DNA of 59,334 nt, counting the filler, from Sphacelaria rigidula (lineage: Eukaryota): assembly GCA_964200075.2 (NCBI GenBank). It is 9 parts of 9 records of this genome, joined end to end, with 100 filler letters (N's around TTAATTAATTAA, not from the genome) between each part and the next. Parts side by side here need not be neighbours in the genome. Positions count along the whole stretch, not along the records: positions 6,605 to 13,108 come from CAXNAA020019687.1; positions 13,209 to 19,712 come from CAXNAA020019688.1; positions 19,813 to 26,316 come from CAXNAA020019689.1; 6 more parts are not named here. One strand, 5' to 3'. The notes under the pieces are model-generated. The model was not told the origin of the DNA. It saw only the letters and a list, made by a program, of their open reading frames with translations, and searched no databases. This document shows positions 12,651 to 25,138 of the stretch, in pieces (positions within the stretch are counted from its first letter, which is position 1; each line of letters starts with the position of its first letter). A program made the translations under genes and the position numbers.

Positions 12651-12773
12651 GTGACGGTCACCGATAGCGAAGGATTCAACGACACAGCTGCGGTGACCAT
12701 AGTAGTCGGGGAGCCTTTTGTCCTGAAAATGACGCCGAAGTCGGGCATGTGGGTCGTGGGCGACGTTATCCAG
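12651..12773 (+). CDS. Exon of the same gene: end of PKD domain and start of the next Ig-like module
   Basis: TAG acceptor and CAG|GTACG donor, 41 codons: VTVTDSEGFNDTAAVTIVVGEPFVLKMTPKSGMWVVGDVIQ, with the PKD-type VTVTD..G motif. Confidence 0.85.
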
Positions 12774-12947
12774 GTACGAATCCCGTCGATACCGACGGTA
12801 AACTTGTTCTCAAGCACATCACTGCTCTAAGGGAGAAGATCCTTTACGGCACACCACATTGAATGACAGTCGAAACGAACACCGTGTGCGGCACTCTGAA
12901 CGAGCGAACATAGCTTATCATTGCCATGAGGGGGTGGGGAGGGGGGG

Positions 12948-13108
12948 TGTACTCATTCATGATCATGCATGCCATAGCCATAAGACCATTGACCTCGCAT
13001 CCCTACAAATCCGGGACGGAGCACGCCGGGTTTTTGCCGAACCAGGCTCGCACTCAATCACCAAGCGCGAAGCGCTGTGGTGTGTTCGGTGAGTCGCTTG
13101 AAGGGTGA
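12948..13108 (-). mobile_element. 3' end of G-tract-associated non-LTR element, subfamily A (copies at 11932, 11997, 32852, 47229; fragment at about 47745)
   Basis: All copies share GT(A)CTCATGATCATGCATGCCATAGTCAT.AGACCATTGACC directly after a G-run on the + strand and are variably truncated at the other end. Confidence 0.75.
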
Positions 13109-14640
13109 NNNNNNNNNNNNNNNNNNNNNNNNNNNNNNNNNNNNNNNNNNNNTTAATTAATTAANNNNNNNNNNNNNNNNNNNNNNNNNNNNNNNNNNNN
13201 NNNNNNNNACACACTTATGAGCCTCGTTTTTCGTGCAACCAAATACCCCCCCCCTATCGTAGGATGACTCTACCCTATGGCGGATAGCCGTAGGGGCAGC
13301 AGCACAATGACTGTGAGACGGCCTCTCTCTCGGCATGTGGGTACCTGCAGAAGACGTGGCCTCCCCCCCCGGTGGTCGGGGAGGAGTAAGTTACCAACAG
13401 TTCGAACTATGAAATGGTACACGAGAGTGGTCAATTCCAGTGATGGAACAACACAATTCTTCACCGTGAGACCTATATCCACGCATGGTTTCGCGGGATC
13501 TCGCCTGAGTGGGATCCTTGGCCCAGGATTGATCGGACCCGTTGAACCCACAACTCAAGCCTGAGCTAGCGCCGGCCGGCGTTAACTTTGAAGTGTGGGA
13601 CCGCTGGCCGCGTTCCATGAAACGAGACTGCACCCTCTACGTTCTGGTGTGTGGTCGGGAGTCGTGGTTGGCTTGATTACATTCGCGTGGAACGATGGAT
13701 CACCGGAGGCTGAGGGGAAAGTTCCTTCAGGCTGTGTGTGTGTGTGTGTGCTTTTTTGTGTATACCACACACCGGGCCTGCGAGGAAAGTACGGAGACTT
13801 GAAACAGTCGAATAACCAATACATCGCGTTCTCGCTCCGCGAACCCATCGGGTACAATGTCCCACGTCGATTGGCGCTCGCACCGCCAGCCACACCAAGC
13901 GTCCTCCTGGATCTGACGCTTCCGAAGTGAAAGCGCACACTAATTACATTGCATTAGGCGCTTGCAGAACACTTCATGCGTGTGTTTTCAAAACATATCC
14001 TAGGTTTCCTACCGTTGACGTTTCTTGGCAATCTCGCAAGCACCCAACAGATACGTGAGGCGAATATTTATGCGAGTACGTACAAACTCTGGTTCCCCAA
14101 ACCCGAGGTCATCGTTAGTCAACGCCGACCATTCGCATTCAATTGATCCCTAAATGACCTTAAAATGTTGTATGCACCATAGTAGGAACATGATTGACAT
14201 AGAGGAAGACACCGCTGGCCATCCTAACTCGAATGGACAAGCTACGATTGCCTGCTGTGGGGAGCAAGACCGTGAAAGATCGATGCTCGTGCGTAAGAGT
14301 CTAGAATTTGTAGACACTGGCGGCAAAGCGTCCTCCGCAGATCTCTGCAGCGTCGCCGGGACACTCAAAAGTGCACCCTTCGGAGACACCGTTCTTGTCA
14401 TACTCCGTAGAAGAGGCTTCGCCGCACCAGCACTGTGATGTGAGTAGAGACAAGGTTCACACAGCAAGTACAGTGTTTCGGAGGTGACTTTCCCCAAGTG
14501 ACTGGCGAGTAAAAACAGGAGACACGGCAGAAGTCGCGACGCATCATCGACCGCACGAATATCATACTTTTGGATAAGGCAACATGAATCTTCCGGTCAG
14601 CTGCATAGCTGGGCGCCAGCTTGCAATCATTTGGACTTAC

Positions 14641-14697
14641 CTCTTCGCCGTACTGTGTTCCAAAGAAGGCGTAACCACTGCATTCGTTCTCGCAAAG
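14641..14697 (-). CDS. Exon encoding part of a WSC carbohydrate-binding domain
   Basis: Pyrimidine tract plus CAG acceptor and GAG|GTAAGT donor. Its 19 codons LCENECSGYAFFGTQYGEE match the WSC pattern C...C..Y.FFG.QYG.EC.C. Confidence 0.85.
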
Positions 14698-16151
14698 CTG
14701 GGATATAAACGGTCGATCGAAGAGAGCAGTCAATGGAGCAGGAAAGTATTAGGATCGTTGTTGGCGACAGAAGTTTGGGCGCAAAAGAGAACATACGGAG
14801 CAATATTAGCGGGTACTATGAGCCAAACTGACCAGAACGTGGACACACCCGCAAATCCATGAGTAAAATGTCCGAAACTTGGGGGTTTCGCGGGAATCCC
14901 AGAGCAAACACAAGGAACGCTGCTTCTGTGCCGACCACGACCGCCACACTATTCCCCACGGCTGCAGGAGGAGGGCGACGGCATGTGGGTACTCGAGGAG
15001 ACTCTATACGAAGCACTGCCGGTCCTTTTACACAGTCAACATTTGCGAGCTGCTTTTCAGAATATAATGCTCTTGTAGGAGGGTTGTAGAAGCAATAACT
15101 CTTGGAAGGCTGAATAGTGTTGTCTGGTGATGTGTCACTATTATGAACGAACTTGCGGAAGAGGATATACAGAGTGGTGAAGGTCAATACTTGCGTCGTG
15201 CAGGAAGAGACAAACGTCAGATGGTGCTCACGGGCGCTTCTTGGCCGGAACAAAATAAAACAGTCAACCTTTTTTCAAAGCAGAAACCTGAGGAGTTGGA
15301 GAGTAAGAGCGGTAATAGTAGGGAATGGAGATTGTCGAATCCAAGCTGCAATTACTGGTAGAACAAGAATAAATCCTGCGTCACCAGGGACGCGGGCTGT
15401 ATGTCAAACCGGATTGTATCATCTCCTGATACTTGCCCCTCATGCATTTGTCTTGCCAATTCTTACACTATATGTGCAGCAATATACGTGGCCTAGTTCC
15501 TTGGCTACATTACCTTGCTGCAATAGATCATGGTCACCCGTTTTCTCGTTCACTACCCAGCTTTACACGTGAGCGAAATGAAACCTTCCACGGGCTAATC
15601 ACGGCTATGGCTCACAACATTGACGCCGATTCTTGAGGATATATTCTGACACTTTTCATATATATACTCCGAGGCATTACAAAACTGTCGAAGACCCTTG
15701 TTCATACTTTTATTTTATCCGGTTATCGGAGGTCCCAGGGTGCTGGAGAGCCACGTACTCTCTGGGACCCCCGATAAGCCGCGAAAAAACAATAATGAAG
15801 CACCGCTCATCGGAGGTTTCTCAGTGTGCATCAGCGTGAACATTTTTGCATTGGAGTGATGCCACGGTAGGGGTGCCCTTTTCAGTCCAAAAGTGTTCTG
15901 AGACTGCACATCAAAGCCCAGGTATTTATCATCGAGGCGCTAATAAAAAAACGTCCCAGGAAAAGCTTGCACTGGTACCGTGGTATTGCTCATTGGGTAG
16001 AACGTGTGTTCGAAATTTATATTTTGAACTTCGGGACATTTTGAAGGGCGCTGGTTGGTCGAGATGCGTTCTTGCCCTTAGCGCCACCGCTATGGCTTTG
16101 AGAAAAATCCGGCTGTGACACCCGCTGCAGTTGTCGCACGGCGGTCGGCAT

Positions 16152-16438
16152 TGTAATGCGTGGGAGGATCGCGTGCTTAGAGGAACGCATCGTAGTTCAA
16201 AACATCTCAGGATCTACGTTTTCCCGACGAAATCGGGTCAGTCCCTGCAGGGACCACGCCCATACCCCGAGCCCCAACACGAACCCTAGCCCTAGCCCTA
16301 ACCCTAACCATGGGCGTACTCATTTGTTGCTTGCCTTAGTCATTTGACCATTGACCACGCATCCCTTTTGAGACGGAGCAGGGGGCTGTTCAAACTCCGA
16401 TGCGATCCTCTAAGCACGCGATCCTCTCACGCATTACA
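16152..16438 (+). mobile_element. TGT...ACA MITE with internal CCCTAA-like repeats, carrying a nested non-LTR 3' fragment (about 16316-16380)
   Basis: TIRs TGTAATGCGTG.GAGGA.CGCGTGCTTAGAGGA / TCCTCTAAGCACGCG.TCCTCTCACGCATTACA. About 65 nt are extra relative to sister copies. Confidence 0.85.
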
Positions 16439-16612
16439 CTGGCATGATACTTACTTGAAAAATGATTATAGGCCGCAGATTGCCCACACTGGCTGCCAAA
16501 GGGTTAGGCGATACACGGCGCTGCCCTCACTGGTTGGCGCGATGAACTACACGAGTCTCTCGAGCGCTCTGGAAGCTGACCTCCCCCCCCCCTGAACAAG
16601 CCTCAATAATGT

Positions 16613-16823
16613 TGGAATGCGTGAGAGGACCGCGTGCTCAGAGGACCGCGCCGTAGTTCAGAACACCTCAGGATCGACGTTTTTCAAAACCGATCGGGTC
16701 ATTCCCTGGAGGTACCACACCCCTGACCATAACCCTAACACTAACCCTGACCCTAACCCTAACGATAGGGAGGTTCAAATTTCGATGCGGTTCTCTAAGC
16801 ACGCGGTCCTCTCACGCATTACA
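16613..16823 (+). mobile_element. TGT...ACA MITE copy (about 210 bp); partial copy at about 16855-16940
   Basis: Same TIRs and the same internal AACCCT repeats as the 16152 copy. Confidence 0.85.
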
Positions 16824-17255
16824 CTGTCACAAAGAAAACGGTCATACAGCGCATTGTAATGCGTGTACAGACCGCGTGCGTTTCCGACCGCCCCCAAGCC
16901 TGACGTTTTGAGACCGCTCGAGGTCAGTCTCTGCAGGAACCGTTGTTATGGATGTGTTGCTGTATATCCACAAGTGGCTGCAGCAGGCTGATGCTGAGAG
17001 TTGTTGAGCTGCCAAGCGAGCTGTGGCTCAACTGTGCAAGAAGAAATAATTGGTGTTGAATGGGCGCTCATGGCCAACACAAACTTGCAGAGTACAATAG
17101 GCTGTCGAAGTCCAGTTGAGAAGTTGGAGAAGTGAAGAGTGAAACAGTAGGGCTCACGATGTGCTCGTGAGTTCTCTTGTGCCCCTCTTCTCAAGAGTTC
17201 GTATCTTGATCGTATCAAAGATTCTCGATCGTACTGACCGTCACTCGGATCAATC

Positions 17256-18852
17256 CACACCCTGGACAATACAATATATTCTCAATATATACTAGTCGAT
17301 CATATTGGAATTTTGCGACATATTGCCGGCGTAACATATATTGGTACCCTTGGACTGCTCACGTATTGCGCGCCCAATATATATTGATGTCGTGGGACTG
17401 CATACATATTGCCCGCCCAATATACATTAGTACTGTGGGGTCGAACACATATTGTCCCATCAATATATTGTGGAGCAGCGTGGGCGACAGCACATTGCAC
17501 GACCAATATCTACTAGGCTCGCATTGATGAGAACATTTTGACCGGTCAATATATATTGGGTCTGCGTGGGTGTCAATGTATTGGCCGGTCAATATAAGAA
17601 GTATGGTGTAGGCTTTAAGAAAGATCCAAACGCGATGGATGCCGGAGCCCGTGCAGATTGGGAAAGCTTCAAAGGGAGCCACAGACCGCGTGCATTACTA
17701 CGGAGAGTTGTCGAATGCGTTTGACATATATATATATATATATACTGGTCAGAAAATATATATGGCGACAGAAGAGGCGACCCGATTCATATGTCTCGTG
17801 ATACCTATCTGGCCACCGCTGCGGGGCCGCCCATCCCCTTCCCAGTATGTAATTAATATATCTTGGCCAAGCATGACGATGACAGAAAACGCGGGTCGGT
17901 GTGCGCCTTTTGGTACCCCTGTGGTCACCGGGGCTGTGTTGCTTATACCCTGGACAATACAATATGTTCCAATATGATACCAATACTTTGTATTGGAGCC
18001 AGCTGGAATATTGTCCTGTCAATATATATTGTGGTAAGATGTCCTCGGAGACATTGAAGCAACAACATATATTGCTCGTGTCATGATCATGAAGTAATAT
18101 ATGACAATATATATTGGACATGCATTTGCTCCGGGAATAAAATTTTAAATATATATTGCGCATGCCGGTCGTGTATGTATTGAACTGTCAATATATATTG
18201 AGTCGAAGCGATGCGTAGCATATTGTTACCATTTTTGAACGCAAACTATGCAGAGGTATTGTTTTTCCAATGTATATTGCGCACGCTCATCGTATAGCTA
18301 TTGTGCAGCCAATATATATTGAACGCGCTTGCGGAGGAATACATTGAGCGTTTTCGGCATGTAAAATACGTCTGTGAATGGCGCCCGCGAACAAAGGACT
18401 GCCCACCATACTAATGTCAATACACTTTCCAATCTACATGTTGAAAATCAATATATTTTGCTATACCAACATGTATTGTGACCGTCGGTTCCCTCGTGTA
18501 TTGTGCGCCCAAAATATGTTGGACGCATTGACGCACGATATATTGGGGCGGCAATATATATATTGACGCTTCGGGTGTCGAGTATATTAAATCATCAATA
18601 TATATATATATATATTGACCTTGGGTGGCAGCCAACATATTACTCGGCCAATGTATATTGAGGTGGCGCGTGTCGTGCTATATTGTTCGGTCGATGTATA
18701 TTGCATGTCGCGTGGCTTGAGATATTGATGGCACAATATATGTTAACTCTCTCTCGTGCCATCATATTGCTAGCCCAATATATATTGATCACCCGACGCG
18801 TCGATATATTGAGCGGGCGAAATGTATTACATATTGTATTGTCCAGGGTGTG
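17256..18852. mobile_element. Foldback-like non-autonomous DNA transposon with many CAATATATATTG-type subterminal motifs
   Basis: Termini CACACCCTGGACAATACAATAT / ATATTGTATTGTCCAGGGTGTG. A second left-end copy lies at about 17947. Palindromic caatat(at)attg motifs recur throughout and there is no coding potential. Confidence 0.8.
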
Positions 18853-20026
18853 GATCGATCTACGGTATTCTTGCTCTAGACGTACTTTAGGAAGTTCCTA
18901 TATTCGACGTTTCAACCGATAGCGGTTGCTCCGCATGAACACCAAATAACAGCCGATTTCAAATTTCGGGGTTCAACACAAAAATGGGGCTGAAGTCGCA
19001 TTTCTCTATTGCAGGGAAAATACCAAAGAGTAACACAGAGCAAAAGTATCTCCCCCCCCCCAAACTCCGCAGGAGGACTTGACTGTCAGACCGCAAGAGT
19101 AGGCCACCTGCTGAATCGGCATCAATATTCACTTGAAAAAAGTACATGCGTGGTCCAGATGGACTACGGGCACCGCGGTCCAAGGGTTGAGCCAGTGTGG
19201 CTAGGTGCACCCAACAAAATGCGGTATACACGCGTGTCGATGACGATATCACCAGAGAGAGAAGCAACGACAGAGAGGAAGCTCCTCGCCCGTGCCCTTT
19301 GTGTGTCCCCGCTCGGTGATTTCCAAACTCTCGAGGGTCTGGCATCCTTGATCTTACCAGCATGTGCCAAGTTTTTCATATGCCAGAGCATCGACGTGCG
19401 GAGAAATTCCGTGTCTCTTCTTGCCTGTTGCCATCGCGAACATCGATTTCTCTCTGCCTCTCCTTTTGGACAGGACGTGCCTCTGTGCGCTGAAAACCAT
19501 GTTGAAAAAATAGGGCAATGTTCCCGTCACCGCTACTACTGTTCTCTGTCACACACATATGCCAGCAAGGACGGTGCTGCGGCAATAACAGATAGATCCA
19601 ATTTGAACTTAGGGGGGTGTTATTCATCACTGAGTTTACCCACACCTCCCCCGCCAGCCGGGCTCCCGACCTGAACACGCCAGTTGAGAGGGGTGTATGA
19701 GAGATCAAACACNNNNNNNNNNNNNNNNNNNNNNNNNNNNNNNNNNNNNNNNNNNNTTAATTAATTAANNNNNNNNNNNNNNNNNNNNNNNNNNNNNNNN
19801 NNNNNNNNNNNNCCCCCCCCCCCCCCCCCCCCCCCCCCCCACCGCCCCCCCTCCCCCGAACTAAGCGGAGTAGGGATCTACCCCCGTCTCCGGGGAAATA
19901 CATGCACCGTCTTGATCTTTATCGTTGTGGATCTCAGAAGAGGATAGGGTCAAGGTACCTGTCCTGATCTAAGGTATAGTCCAGCACGGTGCGAAAACGC
20001 ACGCTGTCGCAAAGCCGTATCGACTG

Positions 20027-20274
20027 ATGCTACGGTAGGGGTGCACAAATATTTTTTGAGGTTAGAATACTTACAAGCCCTTCATCTCATGCAAAGCACG
20101 ACCTATGAAATATATGTGAAAGTACGCCAGGAGTACTCCACTAAGGAGCTGGGGATATCCCGAATGACTTTGCAAACGGGGATGCCCTGACCCATATTTT
20201 TGTGCATCTAGAATCGTCAGGAGCTCCTGAACCAGACATGATTTCGCGAAAAAAGTGTACCCCTACCGTAGCAT
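20027..20274. mobile_element. MITE with ATGCTACGGTAGGGGTG termini; sister copy at about 58400-58672, end fragment at about 15859
   Basis: TGCTACGGTAGGGGTGCAC at the left end and GTGTACCCCTACCGTAGCA at the right end. Confidence 0.75.
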
Positions 20275-21078
20275 TTCCCTAACCATCCCTGAAGATGCGG
20301 TCGTTGACGTCAAGGCTGCGAGTGAGCGAACATTCGTGCCTCTCCAGGCCATGTTCGTGGTCACCTTGCTCACGCAGGCTCGAAACAAGCGCCTTCCACA
20401 TCTCGACTCCTCGGTTCGGGAATACCCTATGAGAGATATTCGCGTTAACATTTCCTGTGACGGTCCGGATTCTTCGCGCTAGCAGTGCAGTGCATTTTGC
20501 AGGACGCCGATGGAGAGCACCGACGAGTTAGGTTCACGGCAGCTCGCGACCACAAATGCTTTCGTTGAGCGAAGGAACAGTTGTAGAGATGCACATAGAC
20601 GCAACGTGCTACACCTTTGGTTTTGGGAATCAGGTACCTCATGGTTGCCAAAGTCACGACCGCGGCGATTTCCGAGAAGGTTGGTTGCACCATCTATTCA
20701 TGTGGAGGTCAGCAATGACGCTCACTCGAGGACCCGAGCGATGAATACTGCACAATGCATTATATGATCCTTTTGGAGATTACGCAGGCAAAAATATCAC
20801 CGGATGTTTGAGAAATGCAGTTCTGTCAATGGTCCACGCCACCGGTATTCTCTCTGATCGAGGCAGATCACTTTTGCCATTCATCCGACCGCCCTAAGGG
20901 CGAAGATTACCGAGAAAAATCTTGCACGATGCTTTCAAGGGTAAGGATGGTGATGGTGTTGAAGAGTATGGGTTCACCCACACCGACACAGGTGGGCACC
21001 TCCCGCGAATTTGTTGCTGCTGCGGGGATTCGTCTTCGCCAGTCTGCCCTGAGCTCCAGCTGGTGATACAGGATTTAC

Positions 21079-21323
21079 CCCCTCGAGACCATACTTGAAG
21101 TCTGTGTGGCGTGCCATGTCGTTCCAGTTTAAAATGTTCCCTCCTTCATTTTCTTTCCCCCCGGAACATGGTGATCGATCTTTGTGTATGTGCACGACCG
21201 AATTTGCTTTCGAGTGCCGGGCGACGAAATCCACTGCACTGCTACCGGCGCCAACCGACATCGCCACCATTTTACCACGAGGACTTGCCCGTCTTTCGCG
21301 CGGTGAAAGCTTTCTCGCCGCCG
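21079..21323 (-). CDS. Possible exon of an unknown protein
   Basis: Open frame inside ORF 20974-21459, bounded by an AAG acceptor and a GGG|GTAAAT donor. No recognisable domain. Confidence 0.25.
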
Positions 21324-22074
21324 CTTGAGCATGTGGTGGCGATATAGCTGGGGTACGCAGGATTTTGCCCTTGAGAAGTACCACTGCGATTTCTTGTCGA
21401 CGCGACCGAAGAGTCTGTGCCACAGTGCATCCCCTTCCCGAACGTGGACGCCACAGCATGATCGATACGTAATACCTTTCAATTCTGGATTCAGAACATC
21501 ACCGGTTTCCATATGTAGTGTTCGATGACGAGAAAATGCAGGTAGACATCGCGCAAACTACATATGGCGAGGTCGAACAGGAAGGTGTGAGTGTGTAGGT
21601 TGTTCAGCGACGAAGCCGCGGAATGCTGTGCAAGACAGTACACTCAACAGGGGAATACGCGGCGCGATATTACCACATAATTGTAGACATGTGTACCGTT
21701 AGGTGACCGTAGTGACATCAACGGTAAGTCGCCCATGATATCACGCGCCATCGTTGAACCAGCGGCTGCCGACGCCTCGACGACGCCGATGCGCCTTGAT
21801 ATGCCGGCATGAATGGAAATGGAGTTGCTAATTGATCAAGAGACTTCAACGAGCTTGCGATGCCGGAAACGATCGCGCGAACAATCGTCACCAGGCACAA
21901 ACGCCTAGAAGGACCATCCTTATCTCCACGCGACGTCATAATATATTTCATCACGGATTGCTTGATGTAGTAACGCAACCGACGTCACACAACGTTCGCG
22001 TCTGTTTCGGGTTTTTATTCTGTCACAACTATCGGCCACGATCAGTCCTGCCGAGACCTAACACTAGTTTCGAT

Positions 22075-23020
22075 TGTATGGGGGTGACTATGTACACCCT
22101 CATGAACGCTTGCTGGATCATTGAGACTGGAACCCTAATCGCCGAGCTTATGGACGGCGTCTGTAACCGACGGCGAACGAACAGGCATGATGAAGTCCAT
22201 GCGAAGCACCATGCATCTTGCGTCAGGTGAGAGTACCGCCCTCACCGCCCATCGTCTCATGGGGCATAGTGACTGCAGGTGATGATGTTGCTGGTACACG
22301 CTACTGGATGGCCCCACGACAGGTTCAGCGACACAAGGTAGTTTGCTGTGGTAATGATGACATGTGGGCGAAGTTTCAGCGACTCGCGGCTCCCGCAGCA
22401 CGCGTGCTGCCGTGTTTCCTGAAAAGACCTCGACAGACAATACGCACCGGCTTTTCGCATTGTTTGTCACCATCCAGCGGGTGTCCCACTTCAGATCACC
22501 ATTCATTTCTCAGCGCAGCGACGCCGCACGTGCAGATGGCGTCAAAACAAGTGTACGAGTAACATCGCATATGTGTTTGCTGACGGTGCACGCATTTCTG
22601 GGCAGCGGGCGGTCGACGAGAGTGCGTTTCATCGGGTATCCCGAATTTTGGAATTAGGGTCCTTCTTGATTTATCCCCCACGGCAAGCGTCGGCGGCGAG
22701 GGAACATGCTGCTTGTGATGTGCCCGATGGGTGTTCCAAGTTTCACGTACTCACACGCAGTCCATGTCAAGAAATCCACTTTTAAACATGCGGGGTAAGT
22801 TGATGATACGAAAAAAAGTATGGTTTCCGTAGCACATCGGGGGTTTTCCATTATCATTTGCAAGCCTTGGCGACGGCAATGATAACATGGCGCCGGTAGG
22901 GTCTCATAATTCTTTCGGTTGACGAGGAGGGGACTGTTCTGCGTGTCATTTTCCATCGAGCCCAATTTTGCCGATGCGATCTATACTCGAACACCCCCCC
23001 TCAATCACAGTTCAGCCATA
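22075..23020 (+). pseudogene. Possible decayed protein kinase fragments
   Basis: In order: LIAELMDG (hinge-like, about 22135), VAGTRYWMAP...DMW (subdomain VIII-IX-like, about 22285-22370, after a TGCAG acceptor) and SIEP...SILEHP (subdomain XI-like, about 22950-23000, frameshifted). HRD and DFG motifs were not found. Confidence 0.35.
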
Positions 23021-25138
23021 GTCTCCATCTGCGAATCATCTTCCAAATCTTCTGGTGAGTTGTTATATTTCGGAGAAATGCAAGTAGCTCGCAGAGACGA
23101 AGTTTGTACGGCGCTGGCGTTTAGGCGTTACTTGTTGATTAACGGGTTAAGGTCGATTCATTTGCATAACACGCACTGGATACCAAAATCAACTCTTCCT
23201 CAACCCGTTCAAAAGTAACATACATCGCACTGTCCGCATGTGCAACGGTATCCGGTATTCTGTATCGTGTTACCACAGGCGACGCAAGCGCGAGACGTGA
23301 TGGTTTCCACACGGGGAAGGCACGGCCTCAGCGATCACGCGTGCGCACCGCTTATGGGCATCGTGCACTCTACAGGTGAGAGATACCTCAACTGTTGTTG
23401 TACATCGATGCTCATAAGCGAGAGGGGTTCAGCAGTACCTTTCCCTCGTTGACCGTTGAGTCGAATTTTGTGTACCCACGACACGGTCGCTCTCCACTGT
23501 TGGGCATGGTGTGTGAAAGAAATCCAGACTGCTCCATGAATCGAAACCCCCTCACACGCGGCCATTCGGCTACCTGTAAAGAATTTTGTAGAACGAAACC
23601 CTCCCTAGCGTCCGTTTTTCAAATGCCCTCTGGAGGATATTGGGCATTTGTAATCCTCTAGAGGGTTTTCAAGGGTGGGTTCTCCCTCGAACGTCCGTGT
23701 CGAAACCCTCTGGATTGTTTTTGCAGTACGCGCATGCTGTGGATATTTCCAACAGCACAGGCTGTACAAATCCCATAGATACACTGGTGGGTGGAATTTG
23801 TAAAGCAAAAGTTCGAGACGAATCTTCCATTTGCCCATCAATTCATCCTGTAATTGTGCGAGGGAAGGACTTGTTTACGAGCAGCCTCTGCTGTCGAAGT
23901 CCCAGCATTAGCCGGTGGGTATGTGATGCTGGAAGGGGAGATACCTTGCTATTGTATCCATACAGGTTTTCAAAACCCCGTAGTCCGTGGTCTACGAATC
24001 GAACATGAACAGCAAAACATGTTCTTCATTCATGTACTTTGATATGACAAAAACGAGAATAATCACGCGCGGTGTGGTGCTGTATATACTGGACTGCGTA
24101 CAACACCGTACAGGACAACAGTACGATATATCGTGCTTACACATGAACGGTGCAGTATACTGCAGAGTTATAGCGTGGCATATGGGCTACGTATGGCTAT
24201 ACAGGGTGGATGCCCGTAACTTTGCGTACATGGGGGTGTTACATACCGTCGGCTACTGCAGTTCAGACCACCGCGCGTGTTCTTGCAGCGTGCGCACAAC
24301 TGCCGTCAGTAGGACATGAAAGAAGAGCGGACAAAGTATACAGTAGAGACGGCGCAGGACTATACATGTCTTCTGTTCACAGTGAGACGTGCAAACAACT
24401 TGCACCGCGTGCGCAGCTTTGTACATGGCTGCACTGTCCATGATTACTCGAGTGTGTAGGCAGTGAGCCGCGATCATTCCCTGCACCTAATGTACTCCGC
24501 GTGGTGCCGCCGCCGCCGCGCCTGTGCCCAAGCCGTGCCCTTTCCTGCGGGGTTGTGGTGATAGCTGGGAATAAGTGTTGTGCGCGGTGTTTGCATGGTT
24601 CGATCTGTGAACGTGGCGGTTGATGAAGTACAAGTATCGCCAGATTGCCGGGGTATGCATTTCACAGCAGCAGCGATATGGTCATGTGAAGACCCTCCGG
24701 AGGATAAAAATCACGATTATCGTTTTTAAACAGGAGCCGAATAGCCGCGTGCGCGTCCTCAACCATCAGAAGGTTACGAGGTTACCAACTGAGCCACCGG
24801 GGCGACCGGTTCTCTGGAAAGTTGAAATGCCAACGAAGCTGATGCGAGAAACAAATTTGAAGGGAAGTTACTCGTCCATACTAGAATAAAATTTAAAATA
24901 TGGCCTTTTTGGCCTTTTGAGCTGAGTAAAGAGGGGCTTACTGTTGGTTGGCTTGCCCCCCAAGTATCTTGGTTTTAGCCTAGCTTCACTATTATACTGG
25001 TTTTAGTATCGGGGGATGCGCCATGGATCGTTGAATATCGTGCCCTCACCCCCCTCTTCGCGGAAAGTGGTCAAAGTACGGCCATTTTCGGCCTGAGCAC
25101 CTTTTTGTTAGCCTCTAGACCACGCAGGGTAGTGCGCA

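Noticed and set aside
12651..14697. Joining the WSC exon to the GSDH-PKD gene as one multidomain protein
   Set aside because: They lie on different, unlinked contigs and on opposite strands.
17270..18840. CRISPR-like array of CAATATATATTG motifs
   Set aside because: The repeats are short, degenerate and irregularly spaced inside TIRs, the context is eukaryotic, and there are no cas genes.
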